64,000 nucleotides of DNA from the NCBI GenBank assembly GCA_963765675.1, contig CAVXXK010000001.1, positions 2,304,001-2,368,000 on the forward strand, in the 5' to 3' direction. The stretch's first letter is position 1; every line of letters begins with the position of its first letter. A program made the position numbers and the translations under genes. A model generated the notes under the pieces. That model searched no databases, was not told the DNA's origin, and was given only the letters and a program-made list of their open reading frames with translations. Of the stretch, positions 31,068 to 40,464 are shown in pieces. The stretch is from an uncultured delta proteobacterium. Its GTDB lineage: Bacteria > Desulfobacterota > Binatia > Binatales > Binataceae.

Positions 31068-32054
31068 TCATTCCTCAGCAATCGGGGCGACGGGAGCGGG
31101 GGTGGTTACGAATGCGATGGCGCCGGTCAGGCCGCCGATCATCGTTGCGGCGAACCATAGCAGGCCGAGCGCGATTGCGTCGTCGTGGCGCACGCCAGCC
31201 ATCCCGAACAGCATCAGGTAGGCGGTCTCGCGGATGCCGAGGCCGTTGAGCGTGAGCGGCAGGCTTGCGAATACGTTCGCGATCGGCACGCAGAGAAGAA
31301 AAATCGCGACCGGCGTCGTAAGCCCGAGCCCGCGCGCGAGCATCCACTGGCAGATCGCGAGCGAGATCTGCAGGATCAGCGAAAGCACGGCCGCCGGGAG
31401 CATCGTCTGCGGACGATGCAGATACGGCATCACGATATTTCCGGCGCGGCGGATCGGCCGCGGCATCAGATGCACGATCCGCGCGAGTAACGGCGCGGCG
31501 AGGAATCCCGCGAGCGCGATCACGCCGACAACGATCGTCGGGCGCAGCACTTCCGCCGACAGCGCGCTGTGTTCGAGCATCGCCATCGCGGCCGCGAGCC
31601 AGAACAGTGCGAGCAATCCGATCCCGCGATCGGCGACGACCGAGGCCACCGCCTCGCCCATCCTGCCGCTGTCGCGTCCGAGGTAGATCGCGCGCGCGGC
31701 GTCACCGCCGACGAGCCCCGGCACGAACAGATTCGTGAACATCCCGATAAAGTAGAACCGCAGGTACTGCGCGAAGCGCTCATGCACGTGCAGCACCGCG
31801 CCGAGCAGTTGCCATCGCCACGCCGACATCACCTGTCCCGCGACGTACAGCGCGATCGCGCCGGCGAACCATCCGAGATTTTCGCGCGGCAGGATTCGCA
31901 GGACCGGGCGCGCGTCGTAATGCCACAGCAGGAAAGCGATCACGACCAGGCCCAGCCCGGCGCGCATCGCGAACGCGCGATACGGATGCGCCCGCTTGGG
32001 CGCGGTTACGGCAGCGTCGGGCGGTGCTGCGTCAGCGGTGCGATGCGGGTTCAT
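31068..32054 (-). CDS. Lysylphosphatidylglycerol synthase TM / UPF0104 flippase-like protein (same family as HpnL)
   Basis: AWRWQLL, FVPGLVGGDAARAIYL, LPLTLNGLGIRE. Confidence 0.85.
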   Translation of the reverse strand: MNPHRTADAAPPDAAVTAPKRAHPYRAFAMRAGLGLVVIAFLLWHYDARPVLRILPRENLGWFAGAIALYVAGQVMSAWRWQLLGAVLHVHERFAQYLRFYFIGMFTNLFVPGLVGGDAARAIYLGRDSGRMGEAVASVVADRGIGLLALFWLAAAMAMLEHSALSAEVLRPTIVVGVIALAGFLAAPLLARIVHLMPRPIRRAGNIVMPYLHRPQTMLPAAVLSLILQISLAICQWMLARGLGLTTPVAIFLLCVPIANVFASLPLTLNGLGIRETAYLMLFGMAGVRHDDAIALGLLWFAATMIGGLTGAIAFVTTPAPVAPIAEE

Positions 32055-33768
32055 TCGATTTCAAAATCGCGCGCTTGTGAAATTCGGCTCCAATCAGGGT
32101 GTAATTGCCGAGTCGTCCGCGAAGCCGCTCGAAGTCGGGCGCGTCGAGCACGAGCACCTTTGCGCCGGGCGCGTCCCACAAGCGCATCAAGTCGGCGTCG
32201 GACTTGAAAAAGTAATCCTTCTCGTCCGGCGCGAGCGCCGCCCCGAAGCCAAGCTCGGTTTTGGTTCCGACCAGTATCACGCGCCGCCTGGTATAAAACG
32301 CCAGCGACTGGACATAGCGATGGTAGCAAATCAGCTCCGCGTCGGGCGCGCGCGCGGCGACCTCTCGCCCAAGGACTGCATACGATCGCAGCGGCTCGGC
32401 CTCGATCCGCGCCCAGGTTCCCGCGACGAGCGCGAGCGCCGTCGTGATCACGATCGCACTGAGTCCCACGGCGTTGCGTCGCATGAAAAATGCCGCGGCG
32501 GCAACCGCTCCGCCGGCGACGAGAATCGCGCCAATCGCATAGAGCGCCGGCTGAACGTAGATCGGATAAGGCGTGCGGAAAATGGGCGCGAGGACGGCGG
32601 CGGCGATCACGCACGCTCCCAGTATCCCGAGCATCGGACCGCTCTCGACGAGTATCCGCGAATCGGGTGGACGCAACGCGCGCCGCGTGGAGTCCGAGCG
32701 CTCGGGCCATGCGCAGGAGATCAGTCCATCGGCGATCAGGATTGCCAGCATCGGCACCGCGGGCAGGATGTATGGAATGAGCTTGGCGCTCGCGCACGAG
32801 AACGCGCCGACGATCACGATCGCGCAGACGACGCAGAAGCGCCGAGCCGGATTTGGCGGTATCGCGCGCCAGACCAGGAACGGCACCAGCATCGACCATG
32901 GCAACAGCCCGACCGCGAGCGCGGGCGCATAGAACCAGAACGGTTCGCCGTGGCTGTAGCTCGATTGAAAGATGCGCCGCAGATGCTCTCCGACGAAATA
33001 GAAATCGAAGTAGCCGGGGACCTTGACGATTATCGCGATAAACCAGGGCGCGGCGATTACCGCGATCAGAATCGCGCCCCAGATCGCGTGAAAGCGACGG
33101 AGCGCGCCGTGCCAGTCGCCTTGCCATGCGAGAAACGCGAGCATCGCGAGGACAGGCAGCGCAACCGCGACGGGTCCCTTGGTGAGCACGCCGAGCGCCA
33201 TCGCGAGCGACGCGATCCACCACCATTTTCCGAAGCCGCCGCGGGCCTCGCGCCAATGCAGGTACATCGCGAAGTTCGCGATCGTGACGAGCACCGCCAG
33301 GATCATGTCGGTCAGGAGGACTTGCGCCATCACGGCATATAGCGGCGTCGTCGCGAGGATTGCGCCCGAAAGGATCGCGTGGCGCCGGCCGAACGTGCGC
33401 AGCGCAAAATACGCGGTGGCGGCGACGCCGAGGACTGCGAACGTCGCGGGAAAAAATCGCGCGGCGAATTCGGTCGTGCCGAAAACGTGATACGAGAGCG
33501 CCGTCAGCCAGTAGAGCAGGGGCGGCTTCTCAACGTAGATGACGTAGTTGAGATGCGGCACCAGATAGCCGCCGCTAGTGATCATTTCGCGCGCGATCTC
33601 GGCGTAGCGCGCTTCGTCCGGCTCCCACAGCCCGTAGCGCCAAAGATTGAAGAAGCAGACGATAGCGGCGAGCGCGGTCGGCGCGGCTATCGCGATCGCG
33701 TTGTCCCGGCGCTCGTGCGTGAGGCCGTCGGAACGCGGCTCTGCGATCGATTCGAGAGTTTCAGACAC
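32032..33768 (-). CDS. ArnT-like GT83/PMT-family (GT-C) glycosyltransferase
   Basis: LWEPDEARYAEIAREM, YVEKPPLLYW, LTKGPV, SAKLIPYILP. Confidence 0.9.
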   Translation of the reverse strand: MSETLESIAEPRSDGLTHERRDNAIAIAAPTALAAIVCFFNLWRYGLWEPDEARYAEIAREMITSGGYLVPHLNYVIYVEKPPLLYWLTALSYHVFGTTEFAARFFPATFAVLGVAATAYFALRTFGRRHAILSGAILATTPLYAVMAQVLLTDMILAVLVTIANFAMYLHWREARGGFGKWWWIASLAMALGVLTKGPVAVALPVLAMLAFLAWQGDWHGALRRFHAIWGAILIAVIAAPWFIAIIVKVPGYFDFYFVGEHLRRIFQSSYSHGEPFWFYAPALAVGLLPWSMLVPFLVWRAIPPNPARRFCVVCAIVIVGAFSCASAKLIPYILPAVPMLAILIADGLISCAWPERSDSTRRALRPPDSRILVESGPMLGILGACVIAAAVLAPIFRTPYPIYVQPALYAIGAILVAGGAVAAAAFFMRRNAVGLSAIVITTALALVAGTWARIEAEPLRSYAVLGREVAARAPDAELICYHRYVQSLAFYTRRRVILVGTKTELGFGAALAPDEKDYFFKSDADLMRLWDAPGAKVLVLDAPDFERLRGRLGNYTLIGAEFHKRAILKSNEPASHR

Positions 33769-34163
33769 GGGGTGAGAGTCTAACTGGCAGAAGCCTCGCG
33801 AGCGATGCTATCGCGGCGCGGAGAATTCCGCCCAAGGATTCGCCCGTCCGCACAAGAGCGGTTGCTCAACCAACAAAAAACGGTGGGTTCGTTTGGTAAA
33901 TTTTGATGTCGCGGCAGGTGGTGCCGACGAAAATTTAGCTTGAAATCATTGGAGTTTTTGCCGATGGATCGTGGCTTCGTTTGAGATTTCCGTCAAATTA
34001 CGTCCTGTGTTTCGCCACTCGATCGCCATTCGGTCACGGTCCGCTCCCCGCCCGCTCTCGCCCCTCCGTCCACTAGTAATCATATGCAATAATCATTTAG
34101 TTTACAAGGTGCACAGTTCCTCTCGACCGGTGAGCGGCTCGACTGAATGAAGTGACACAGGCT

Positions 34164-34871
34164 TCAGCCTTTGATGTCTGCCTTTCGGGTCCTTCCGGGC
34201 CGCGACCGCAGGGTGCCGTAGAAATTTCGGCCGCTCCAATTGACGCGCACGGGAAAGCCCTCGAACACGGCCGGAATGTCTCTTTCCAAGGTACTTTCAA
34301 AAATGCCACGACCGGAAATTCCAAGAGACAGTCCCACATCCAGTTCCGGAGGCGGGGTTATAAAGTTGACACTGACGCTCATGAAAACCCATCCTTGCTT
34401 CGCGAATAGGCTCCGCAGTCCTGGCGTCGCGACAAAATCGGTGAGCGCCTTTAGTGCCAACGAGATGTCTTGGTCTTTCGTTGGGCTCTCGGGTTTATCG
34501 CCACCCCCGAAAGCTACCTCAAATCCCTCGAAATTCTTGGGTAGCCAGCTCTTGGCAAGCTCAATAAAATGCCTGCCGGTACTATCCGAACCTGGCGGAA
34601 CAGCGACCAGGAATTTGAAATGCGGGGGAGAAACTTCTCTATCATAGACTACGCCAAGGCTCACCACAGCGCCGCTTGCAATTAGTTTCCTTAATGGGGG
34701 CTGATTCGAGAAGTCATACAGGGAGCTCGCCACTTCTGAGAAGGTGGCGGTTTCCGCTGCGAACGCCGACATCCCTGTGGCAGCTTGGAACGATGCCATC
34801 AGTACGACGACCGCCAAAGAAGCACTGATGCGTACGAATCCCAGCCTCATTGCTGGATTCCCGACTCCCAT
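34164..34871 (-). CDS. Secreted hypothetical protein with two tandem ~85-aa LPxxFEGxxV domains
   Basis: Signal-peptide-like N-terminus (..SAFA|AE); repeats end LPKNFEGFEV and IPAVFEGFPV; begins 12 bp after the protease stop. Confidence 0.7.
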   Translation of the reverse strand: MGVGNPAMRLGFVRISASLAVVVLMASFQAATGMSAFAAETATFSEVASSLYDFSNQPPLRKLIASGAVVSLGVVYDREVSPPHFKFLVAVPPGSDSTGRHFIELAKSWLPKNFEGFEVAFGGGDKPESPTKDQDISLALKALTDFVATPGLRSLFAKQGWVFMSVSVNFITPPPELDVGLSLGISGRGIFESTLERDIPAVFEGFPVRVNWSGRNFYGTLRSRPGRTRKADIKG

Positions 34872-34883
34872 CTCTGCCGTCGG

Positions 34884-36180
34884 CTAATTACCATAAGCGC
34901 CGCCGCTCGTGGTCAAATCGATGACGTCTGTTACACTGAATTCGACAGGAACGCCTTCAAACGAGGTGGGCAACAGGTCTTCGGCCATGGTTTTGTCGTC
35001 CACACCTTCGTAGGTGCTGTCGTTGGCCGTTACGTCAAGCGACGCCGGATTGGTGGAAAAGTCGATAGCGACGCCATCAATCACGCCATCATCCATCAAA
35101 ACGGGAATCCAGCCACCACTCAGGAAATCATTCCGCGCCAACATTGCAGTCAGGATGTCGGGGTCCGGCACTGTGCCGTCCTCACTTTCGGTCGTTCCGT
35201 CGTCGAGCGCCACATCGATCTGATTCGTCGCCGTGCATCCGCCGCCGCCCGGAACCACGACGAGGCTCGCGGACGAGCCCGCAGCCATCTGCAGGTAATT
35301 CAGCACGGCGCCGATCGGCGCAACATAAGTGACGTTGGAGGTCCCGCCGACGTCGATTCCTATCGGCTGCGGGCACAGGCCTTCCGTAAAGACTAGCGCG
35401 CCCGAGTCGCCCGGATGGTCAAATCCGGCTGGCGTCACGACGACATGCGGCCCGAACTTGACCTCGGTATAGCCACAGCTTGCCTTATCCCCCACAATTT
35501 TGCCATCGACGACAGTCGACTTGGTGTAGGTATGAGAACAGATACTGTAGTGGACCGTCTTCAAAATTTCTTTGTATTGCCCATGTGTAAGGCCGGTCCA
35601 CGCGCCCACCTTCTGAACCTTCGTCTTTCTTTTAAGTGACGAGATCGGCGTGCCGCTGAATACGCCAAAGCCTTCTATGGAGCTGCTGACCTGCCCGGGA
35701 AGGACCTTCGCAAGAGCGGCGTCGTAAGTGTTCAAAACCCCGCTGCTGAAGTTGATGGGAATAACCGTGCTTAGCGATGCTACTTGATAAGCCGTGATCT
35801 GAGCAGCAGTGGGTGGACACGTTGGAGTAGGATAAGCGGAAGGAAGGGGGTTAATAGACGCCGCGATCCCGAAATTAGGCTGGATGATCGGTTCAGGAAG
35901 AACCCGTAGAGAGATAGCCGGTGGGCGCCAATGCTAATACGTGCGCCGCGCCTAATATATATAGGCTCGTCCCGTCAGTCACCAACCCGCCGAGGGTGCC
36001 ATCCTCGAACAGGCAAACCCCTGTGTTTTGAGCGATGTTAACGAGACTATTTGCTCCGTCAACTCCCAGCGGGATAGGGCGCGAGTAAAGCTGCTGATTA
36101 CCCACGCCCGCGCCGTACGCAATCGAAGCGCCCGCGACTGCCAGAACCATTGCGAGGAGATATGATATCTTCCAAGTCAT
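34884..36180 (-). CDS. Secreted trypsin-fold (S1/Nal1-like) serine protease with C-terminal LPTSFEGVPV domain; one +1 frameshift at 35896-35933
   Basis: Signal peptide; GTLGGLV...ILGAAHVL (His 35941-35943), EPIIQP, YDAAL (Asp 35721-35723), VQKVG..TGLTHG, PGDSGALV (Ser 35403-35405); AAGGGGG RBS. Confidence 0.8.
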
Positions 36181-36266
36181 CGTGGCCCCCTTGAACGTCG
36201 CCGCGTTGAACCCTCAGCGCGGTCTTCCCTAATGGATCCACTGCTCTTGTGAACCCCAAGGGCGTA

Positions 36267-36296
36267 ACCGTACCCCCCCCCAGACGATATTGTCAA
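36267..36296 (-). promoter_or_regulatory. Candidate promoter of the protease operon, with a G9 tract in the spacer
   Basis: TTGACA-ATATCGTCTGGGGGGGGG (18 bp)-TACGGT. Confidence 0.55.
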
Positions 36297-36469
36297 CAGA
36301 AAGTGAGCGCCGCTTTGCGGCTGGTTATCGTCGGGTCGCGCGATTGCGAACCGCGATGCTCATGCATGGAGATAGGTCGAAGACGACCGTGGAATGTGCG
36401 CGGCGCGATGATGCCGCCGCTGCACTCCTTTAATCCTCGATGGCAGACAACAATGGGCAGCGTCAGCAA

Positions 36470-38179
36470 TCAATATCCTGCGGCCATGCCGCCTTTTCGA
36501 GGATCGCCTGCGCCTCGGAGGCTGCCGGGCGCGATCGTAATTGCGCCTACCGCGCCGAGCATCGGAACTACGCGGATTTTGTAGCCCATCTGCTCGAGGG
36601 CGGCGCGAGTCTCGGCTGGCATCTTTTCTTCTATGATCACCGTGGACGGTTCGGCCTGTTCGTGGATGCGCGCTTCTTCGACCGCGGCGCGGGGGCCCAA
36701 GTGGAAATCGATCACGTCCAGCAGGATTTGCAGCACGCCGGTGATTATCGTTGGTCCGCCGGAGCCGCCGACCGCGAGGATCGGCTTGCCGTTTTTCACG
36801 ACGATCGTCGGCGTCATCGAGGAGAGCGGCCGCTTGCCCGGCGCGATCTCGTTGGCCACGACGCCCTCGAGCCGGTATGCGTTGGGCACGTTGGGCGCGA
36901 CCGCGAAGTCGTCCATCTCATCGTTGAGGATGACGCCGCTCTTCGGCTCCATCAGCTTCGATCCGAAAACCGTGTTGATCGTCGTCGTCAGCACGACCAC
37001 GTTGCCCGCACTGTCGACCACCGCGAGGTTCGCCGTGCCATGATCGTGGGCCGCCGTGGGCGTGGGCTCGGGAGCGCCGTGATGCAACGCGCGGTCGCGC
37101 GCCTGATCGATATGCTGGGGCGAGAGGAGAGTCGCGATCGGAACCTTGACGAACGCCGGATCGCTGTATTGTTCGCGATCGATAAATCCCTGGCGCATCA
37201 CTTCGATGAGCCGCGCCAGATACGGCGGCGAGTTGACGCCGAGGCCGCCCAGATGCCCCGGCTCGAGCATCCCGAGCATCTCGAGCACCACGCCGCCCGA
37301 CGACGGCGGCGGCATCACGTAAACCTCGTCGCCCTGGTAGGCGCGATGCAGAGGCTCGCGCCAGACCGGCTTATAGGCGGCGAGATCGTCGGTCGAAATG
37401 ATTCCGCCGTGTGCGTCGATAAAGCTGGCCAGCTCGGCCGCGAAAGCGCCGTGGTAAAACTTGTCGGCGGGTTTGTCGCCGAGGGCTACGATCGTGTCGG
37501 CAAGTTTCTTCTCAAAAATCAGGTCGCCGGCTTTCGGCGCGGTGCCGTCAGCTTTGAGAAATACCGAAGCGAGACCGGGAGCCTGCGCGAGCTGCGGCGC
37601 CATCCGCGCGATCTCTCCTGCCAGATGCGGTCCGAGCGAAAAGCCGTCGCGCGCGAGGGTTACGGCGGGCGCGGCGACTTGCTGGAATTTCATCGTGCCG
37701 AACCGGGTCAGCGCGGCGTCGAGTCCGGCGATCTCGCCGGGCACCGCGATCGCGAGCGCTCCGTTGCGGGCGAGCTCCTCGTCAGGTTTGCCGTCGCGCA
37801 GGTACATCGTCGAGGTGGCCTTGAGCGGCGCGGTCTCGCGATAGTCAAGCGCGTAGAATTTTCCGGTGCTGGCCATATAGATCAACATGAAGCCGCCGCC
37901 GCCGATCCCGCATGAGGCTGAGTGCGTCACTCCGGTAGCGAGCGAGGCCGCTGCCGCCGCGTCGATCGCATTGCCACCCTGCTTGAGAATCTCTACTCCG
38001 GCGGCCGCAGCCTCGGGAGTCTCGGCCACGACCATCGCGTGCGCGCCCCTGACCGAAGTGTCGGTCGGAGAATCGGCGGCGACCGCGGTCGATACAAAAA
38101 CGATCAACGACAAGAAAAACGCGATAGCGGCGCGGCGAGCTCGTGCCGAACAGGGAGATTGAGCGCGAAAAAGCATCAC
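36470..38179 (-). CDS. ggt: Gamma-glutamyltransferase
   Basis: GGNAIDAA, GIGGGGF, DYRETAP, HG|TANLAVVD autocleavage Thr, KRPLSSMTP. Confidence 0.95.
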   Translation of the reverse strand: MMLFRAQSPCSARARRAAIAFFLSLIVFVSTAVAADSPTDTSVRGAHAMVVAETPEAAAAGVEILKQGGNAIDAAAAASLATGVTHSASCGIGGGGFMLIYMASTGKFYALDYRETAPLKATSTMYLRDGKPDEELARNGALAIAVPGEIAGLDAALTRFGTMKFQQVAAPAVTLARDGFSLGPHLAGEIARMAPQLAQAPGLASVFLKADGTAPKAGDLIFEKKLADTIVALGDKPADKFYHGAFAAELASFIDAHGGIISTDDLAAYKPVWREPLHRAYQGDEVYVMPPPSSGGVVLEMLGMLEPGHLGGLGVNSPPYLARLIEVMRQGFIDREQYSDPAFVKVPIATLLSPQHIDQARDRALHHGAPEPTPTAAHDHGTANLAVVDSAGNVVVLTTTINTVFGSKLMEPKSGVILNDEMDDFAVAPNVPNAYRLEGVVANEIAPGKRPLSSMTPTIVVKNGKPILAVGGSGGPTIITGVLQILLDVIDFHLGPRAAVEEARIHEQAEPSTVIIEEKMPAETRAALEQMGYKIRVVPMLGAVGAITIAPGSLRGAGDPRKGGMAAGY

Positions 38180-38285
38180 CGGTCTTTACTAACAGCCGCC
38201 GTCAGGAGAGGAAAGAACGTGGCGCGGTTAGATTTCGTGCCGCGATAGTGCTTTGATCGCAGAACTACCGCGCTGGAGGCCCACG

Positions 38286-39113
38286 ATGGAATTCGCAGAC
38301 ATCATTTACGAAAAATCGGATCGAATCGCGACGGTCACCTTCAATCGTCCCGCCAAGCTCAACTCATGGACCCCGAAGATGGGGGTCGAGACGCGCAGCG
38401 CCCTGATGGACGCCGAACGCGACCCGAACGTCGGCGCGATAATCATGACCGGCGCGGGACGCGCGTATTGCTCGGGCGCGGACATGGGCGCGCTGTCGGA
38501 AATATCCCAGGGGCGAGCGTCGGCAACCGGCGGAAACGCCGCGGCTGCGCAGGACGATTGGCTTGCTCAGCAGCGCGTCGACTACCGCAATCAGTATTCG
38601 TACTTGCTGGCGCTGAAGAAGCCGGTTATCGGCGCGATCAACGGCGCGTGCGTGGGGCTCGGCTTCACGACCTGTCTCTACCAGGACATCAGGATTGCGT
38701 CCGACACGGCGCGGATGGGATTGATCTTCGTGCAGCGCGGTCTTGCGATCGAGCACGGATCCTCGTGGATGCTGCCGCGGATCGTGGGACTCGCGCGCGC
38801 GGTCGAGATGGCGGTGACGGGGCGCCTGGTTGACGCGCAAGAGGCGCTCGCGATGGGTCTGGTAAATCGTGTGGTTCCCGCGGACAAGCTGATGGAAACC
38901 GCGCGCGAGGTCGCGGGGCATATCGCGAACAAGTGCTCGCCGCTCGGCGTCTCGCACGCCAAGAAGCTGGTGTACAAGCATCTGTTCACCGACCTTGCTA
39001 CCGCGATTCGCGACGACGACGAGTCGATGACCGCGATGACGCAATCCGACGATTTCAAGGAAGGCGTGAAGGCGTTTATGGAAAAGCGGCCGGCGAAGTA
39101 TCAGGGCAAATAA
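38286..39113 (+). CDS. Enoyl-CoA hydratase/isomerase family protein
   Basis: TGAGRAYCSGADM, KPVIGAINGACVG, DFKEGVKAFMEKR; GGAGG RBS. Confidence 0.92.
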   Translation: MEFADIIYEKSDRIATVTFNRPAKLNSWTPKMGVETRSALMDAERDPNVGAIIMTGAGRAYCSGADMGALSEISQGRASATGGNAAAAQDDWLAQQRVDYRNQYSYLLALKKPVIGAINGACVGLGFTTCLYQDIRIASDTARMGLIFVQRGLAIEHGSSWMLPRIVGLARAVEMAVTGRLVDAQEALAMGLVNRVVPADKLMETAREVAGHIANKCSPLGVSHAKKLVYKHLFTDLATAIRDDDESMTAMTQSDDFKEGVKAFMEKRPAKYQGK

Positions 39114-39165
39114 GGTACGGCAAAAGGGCGCGTGCCGGCGCGCCCTATTCTCTATTTCGCGATCC

Positions 39166-39654
39166 CTACTTGTCGAGCGGATGCTTGAATTTGCGGTCGG
39201 GGTGACGAATCGTCATGACCGGGACCGCCGACTTCTGGACCACACGCTCCGCGACACTGCCCATCAGGACGTGAGCGAGGCCGGTGCGGCCGTGGGTCCC
39301 GAGCACGATCAGGTCGGCATTCTCGGTCTGCGACGCGCGCAGGATTTCCAGGAACGGAGATCCTACCTTCAGCAGACTCTTGGCCTTGATCCCGTCGTCG
39401 CGCAGGCGTTGCACGATTTTGTCGAGCTCGCGCTGCGCGATGAGCCGCTGCTCCTCGGCGATCCTGCTCATGGCGCCCACGTCCATGGCCGGTCCCAGGT
39501 CGGGCGAAACCATCACCGGTGCGAGCGGCTGATCGACGTGCAGCACGACGATCTCGGCTCCGAACTTGCGCGCGATATCCTCGGCGTAGCTGAAGGCGAG
39601 CGAGGAATCTTCAGAAAAATCGGTTGCAGCAAGGACTTTCGAGATCGTGGGCAC
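39166..39654 (-). CDS. Universal stress protein
   Basis: VLAATDFSE, DLIVLGTHGRTG..HVLMGSVAERVV; GTG start chosen from promoter geometry. Confidence 0.93.
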   Translation of the reverse strand: MPTISKVLAATDFSEDSSLAFSYAEDIARKFGAEIVVLHVDQPLAPVMVSPDLGPAMDVGAMSRIAEEQRLIAQRELDKIVQRLRDDGIKAKSLLKVGSPFLEILRASQTENADLIVLGTHGRTGLAHVLMGSVAERVVQKSAVPVMTIRHPDRKFKHPLDK

Positions 39655-39661
39655 GACCGGG

Positions 39662-39690
39662 ACGATAGCCCGCCGTATCGCGGCTGGCAA
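39662..39690 (-). promoter_or_regulatory. Promoter of USP gene, probably giving a leaderless mRNA
   Basis: TTGCCA-17 bp-TATCGT, ending 7 nt before the GTG; no SD. Confidence 0.6.
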
Positions 39691-39751
39691 GCGCGCGCGA
39701 GTGAGCGCACACCGCTATGAGTGACTCATTCCAAGGCGTGCCTTCGCGGCT

Positions 39752-39929
39752 GGCGAGATTCCTCGCGATGTCTACCGCGCGCGACAATCTGCACGACACG
39801 CAGCGGGCGGTGGAGTCGCGCTCGGAATGACAACCCGCGCGGGGTTTGTGTCATTCCGAGCGCATGCGGGCAACGCCTGTCGCGTCGTGCGCATCAGGCC
39901 GCACGGCACTCGTCGCGAGGAATCTCGCC
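39752..39929. repeat. ~180-bp palindromic REP-like element
   Basis: GGCGAGATTCCTCGCGA (39752) pairs with TCGCGAGGAATCTCGCC (39913); GCGCTCGGAATGACA (39818) pairs with TGTCATTCCGAGCGC (39849). Confidence 0.8.
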
Positions 39930-40040
39930 CTCGGCATTTGCACGTTTTCCCGAAGGGTGGCGCAATTGTTTCGAGATAGGGGCGACGGCCATCGCTCTTG
40001 CGTCTCGACCGCGGAGGCGTCGTGGCATTAGAATGAACGC

Positions 40041-40439
40041 GTGGCGGCACGTACTCCTAAATCCAAACCCACGCCGAGCGATCTTATCTTCGGCGATTTC
40101 GAGCGCGCGGTTGACGCGTTCTTCGATGAGATGCTGGTCGATCGATGGAAGTGCGGGACCGCGTCCGGATTCGAGAGCGCCGTGCTTTCCGATCTTCCCG
40201 ACCGCTACGAGATCCGCCTCGCGTCGCGCGGAGTCGATCCGAAATCGATCGAGGTCGAGAGCCGGGGCCAGCGCCTGACCGTGCGCGCGGGCGCGGCGGA
40301 ATTCGGACGCCTCGAGAGTATCTTCACTTTGGCGGAGACGGTGGAGTCCGATTCGGCCTCGGCCACCTGGTCGCGCGGCGTTTTGACGGTCGTCGTCCCC
40401 AAACACAAAGCCCGAAAAATCGCGCTCAAGGCGGATTGA
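40041..40439 (+). CDS. Hsp20/alpha-crystallin family protein, divergent
   Basis: GVDPKSIEV, FGRLESIFTL, ASATWSRGVLTVVVPK. Confidence 0.8.
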   Translation: MAARTPKSKPTPSDLIFGDFERAVDAFFDEMLVDRWKCGTASGFESAVLSDLPDRYEIRLASRGVDPKSIEVESRGQRLTVRAGAAEFGRLESIFTLAETVESDSASATWSRGVLTVVVPKHKARKIALKAD

Positions 40440-40464
40440 ATCCCGCCTGTTTGCCGGAGCCCGC

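Noticed and set aside
34074-34100. Fur-box-like TAATCATATGCAATAATCATT
   Set aside because: Only a loose match, and not positioned just upstream of a clear gene start
33800-36460. Integrative or transposable element around the protease island
   Set aside because: No integrase, transposase, tRNA target or convincing flanking direct repeat found
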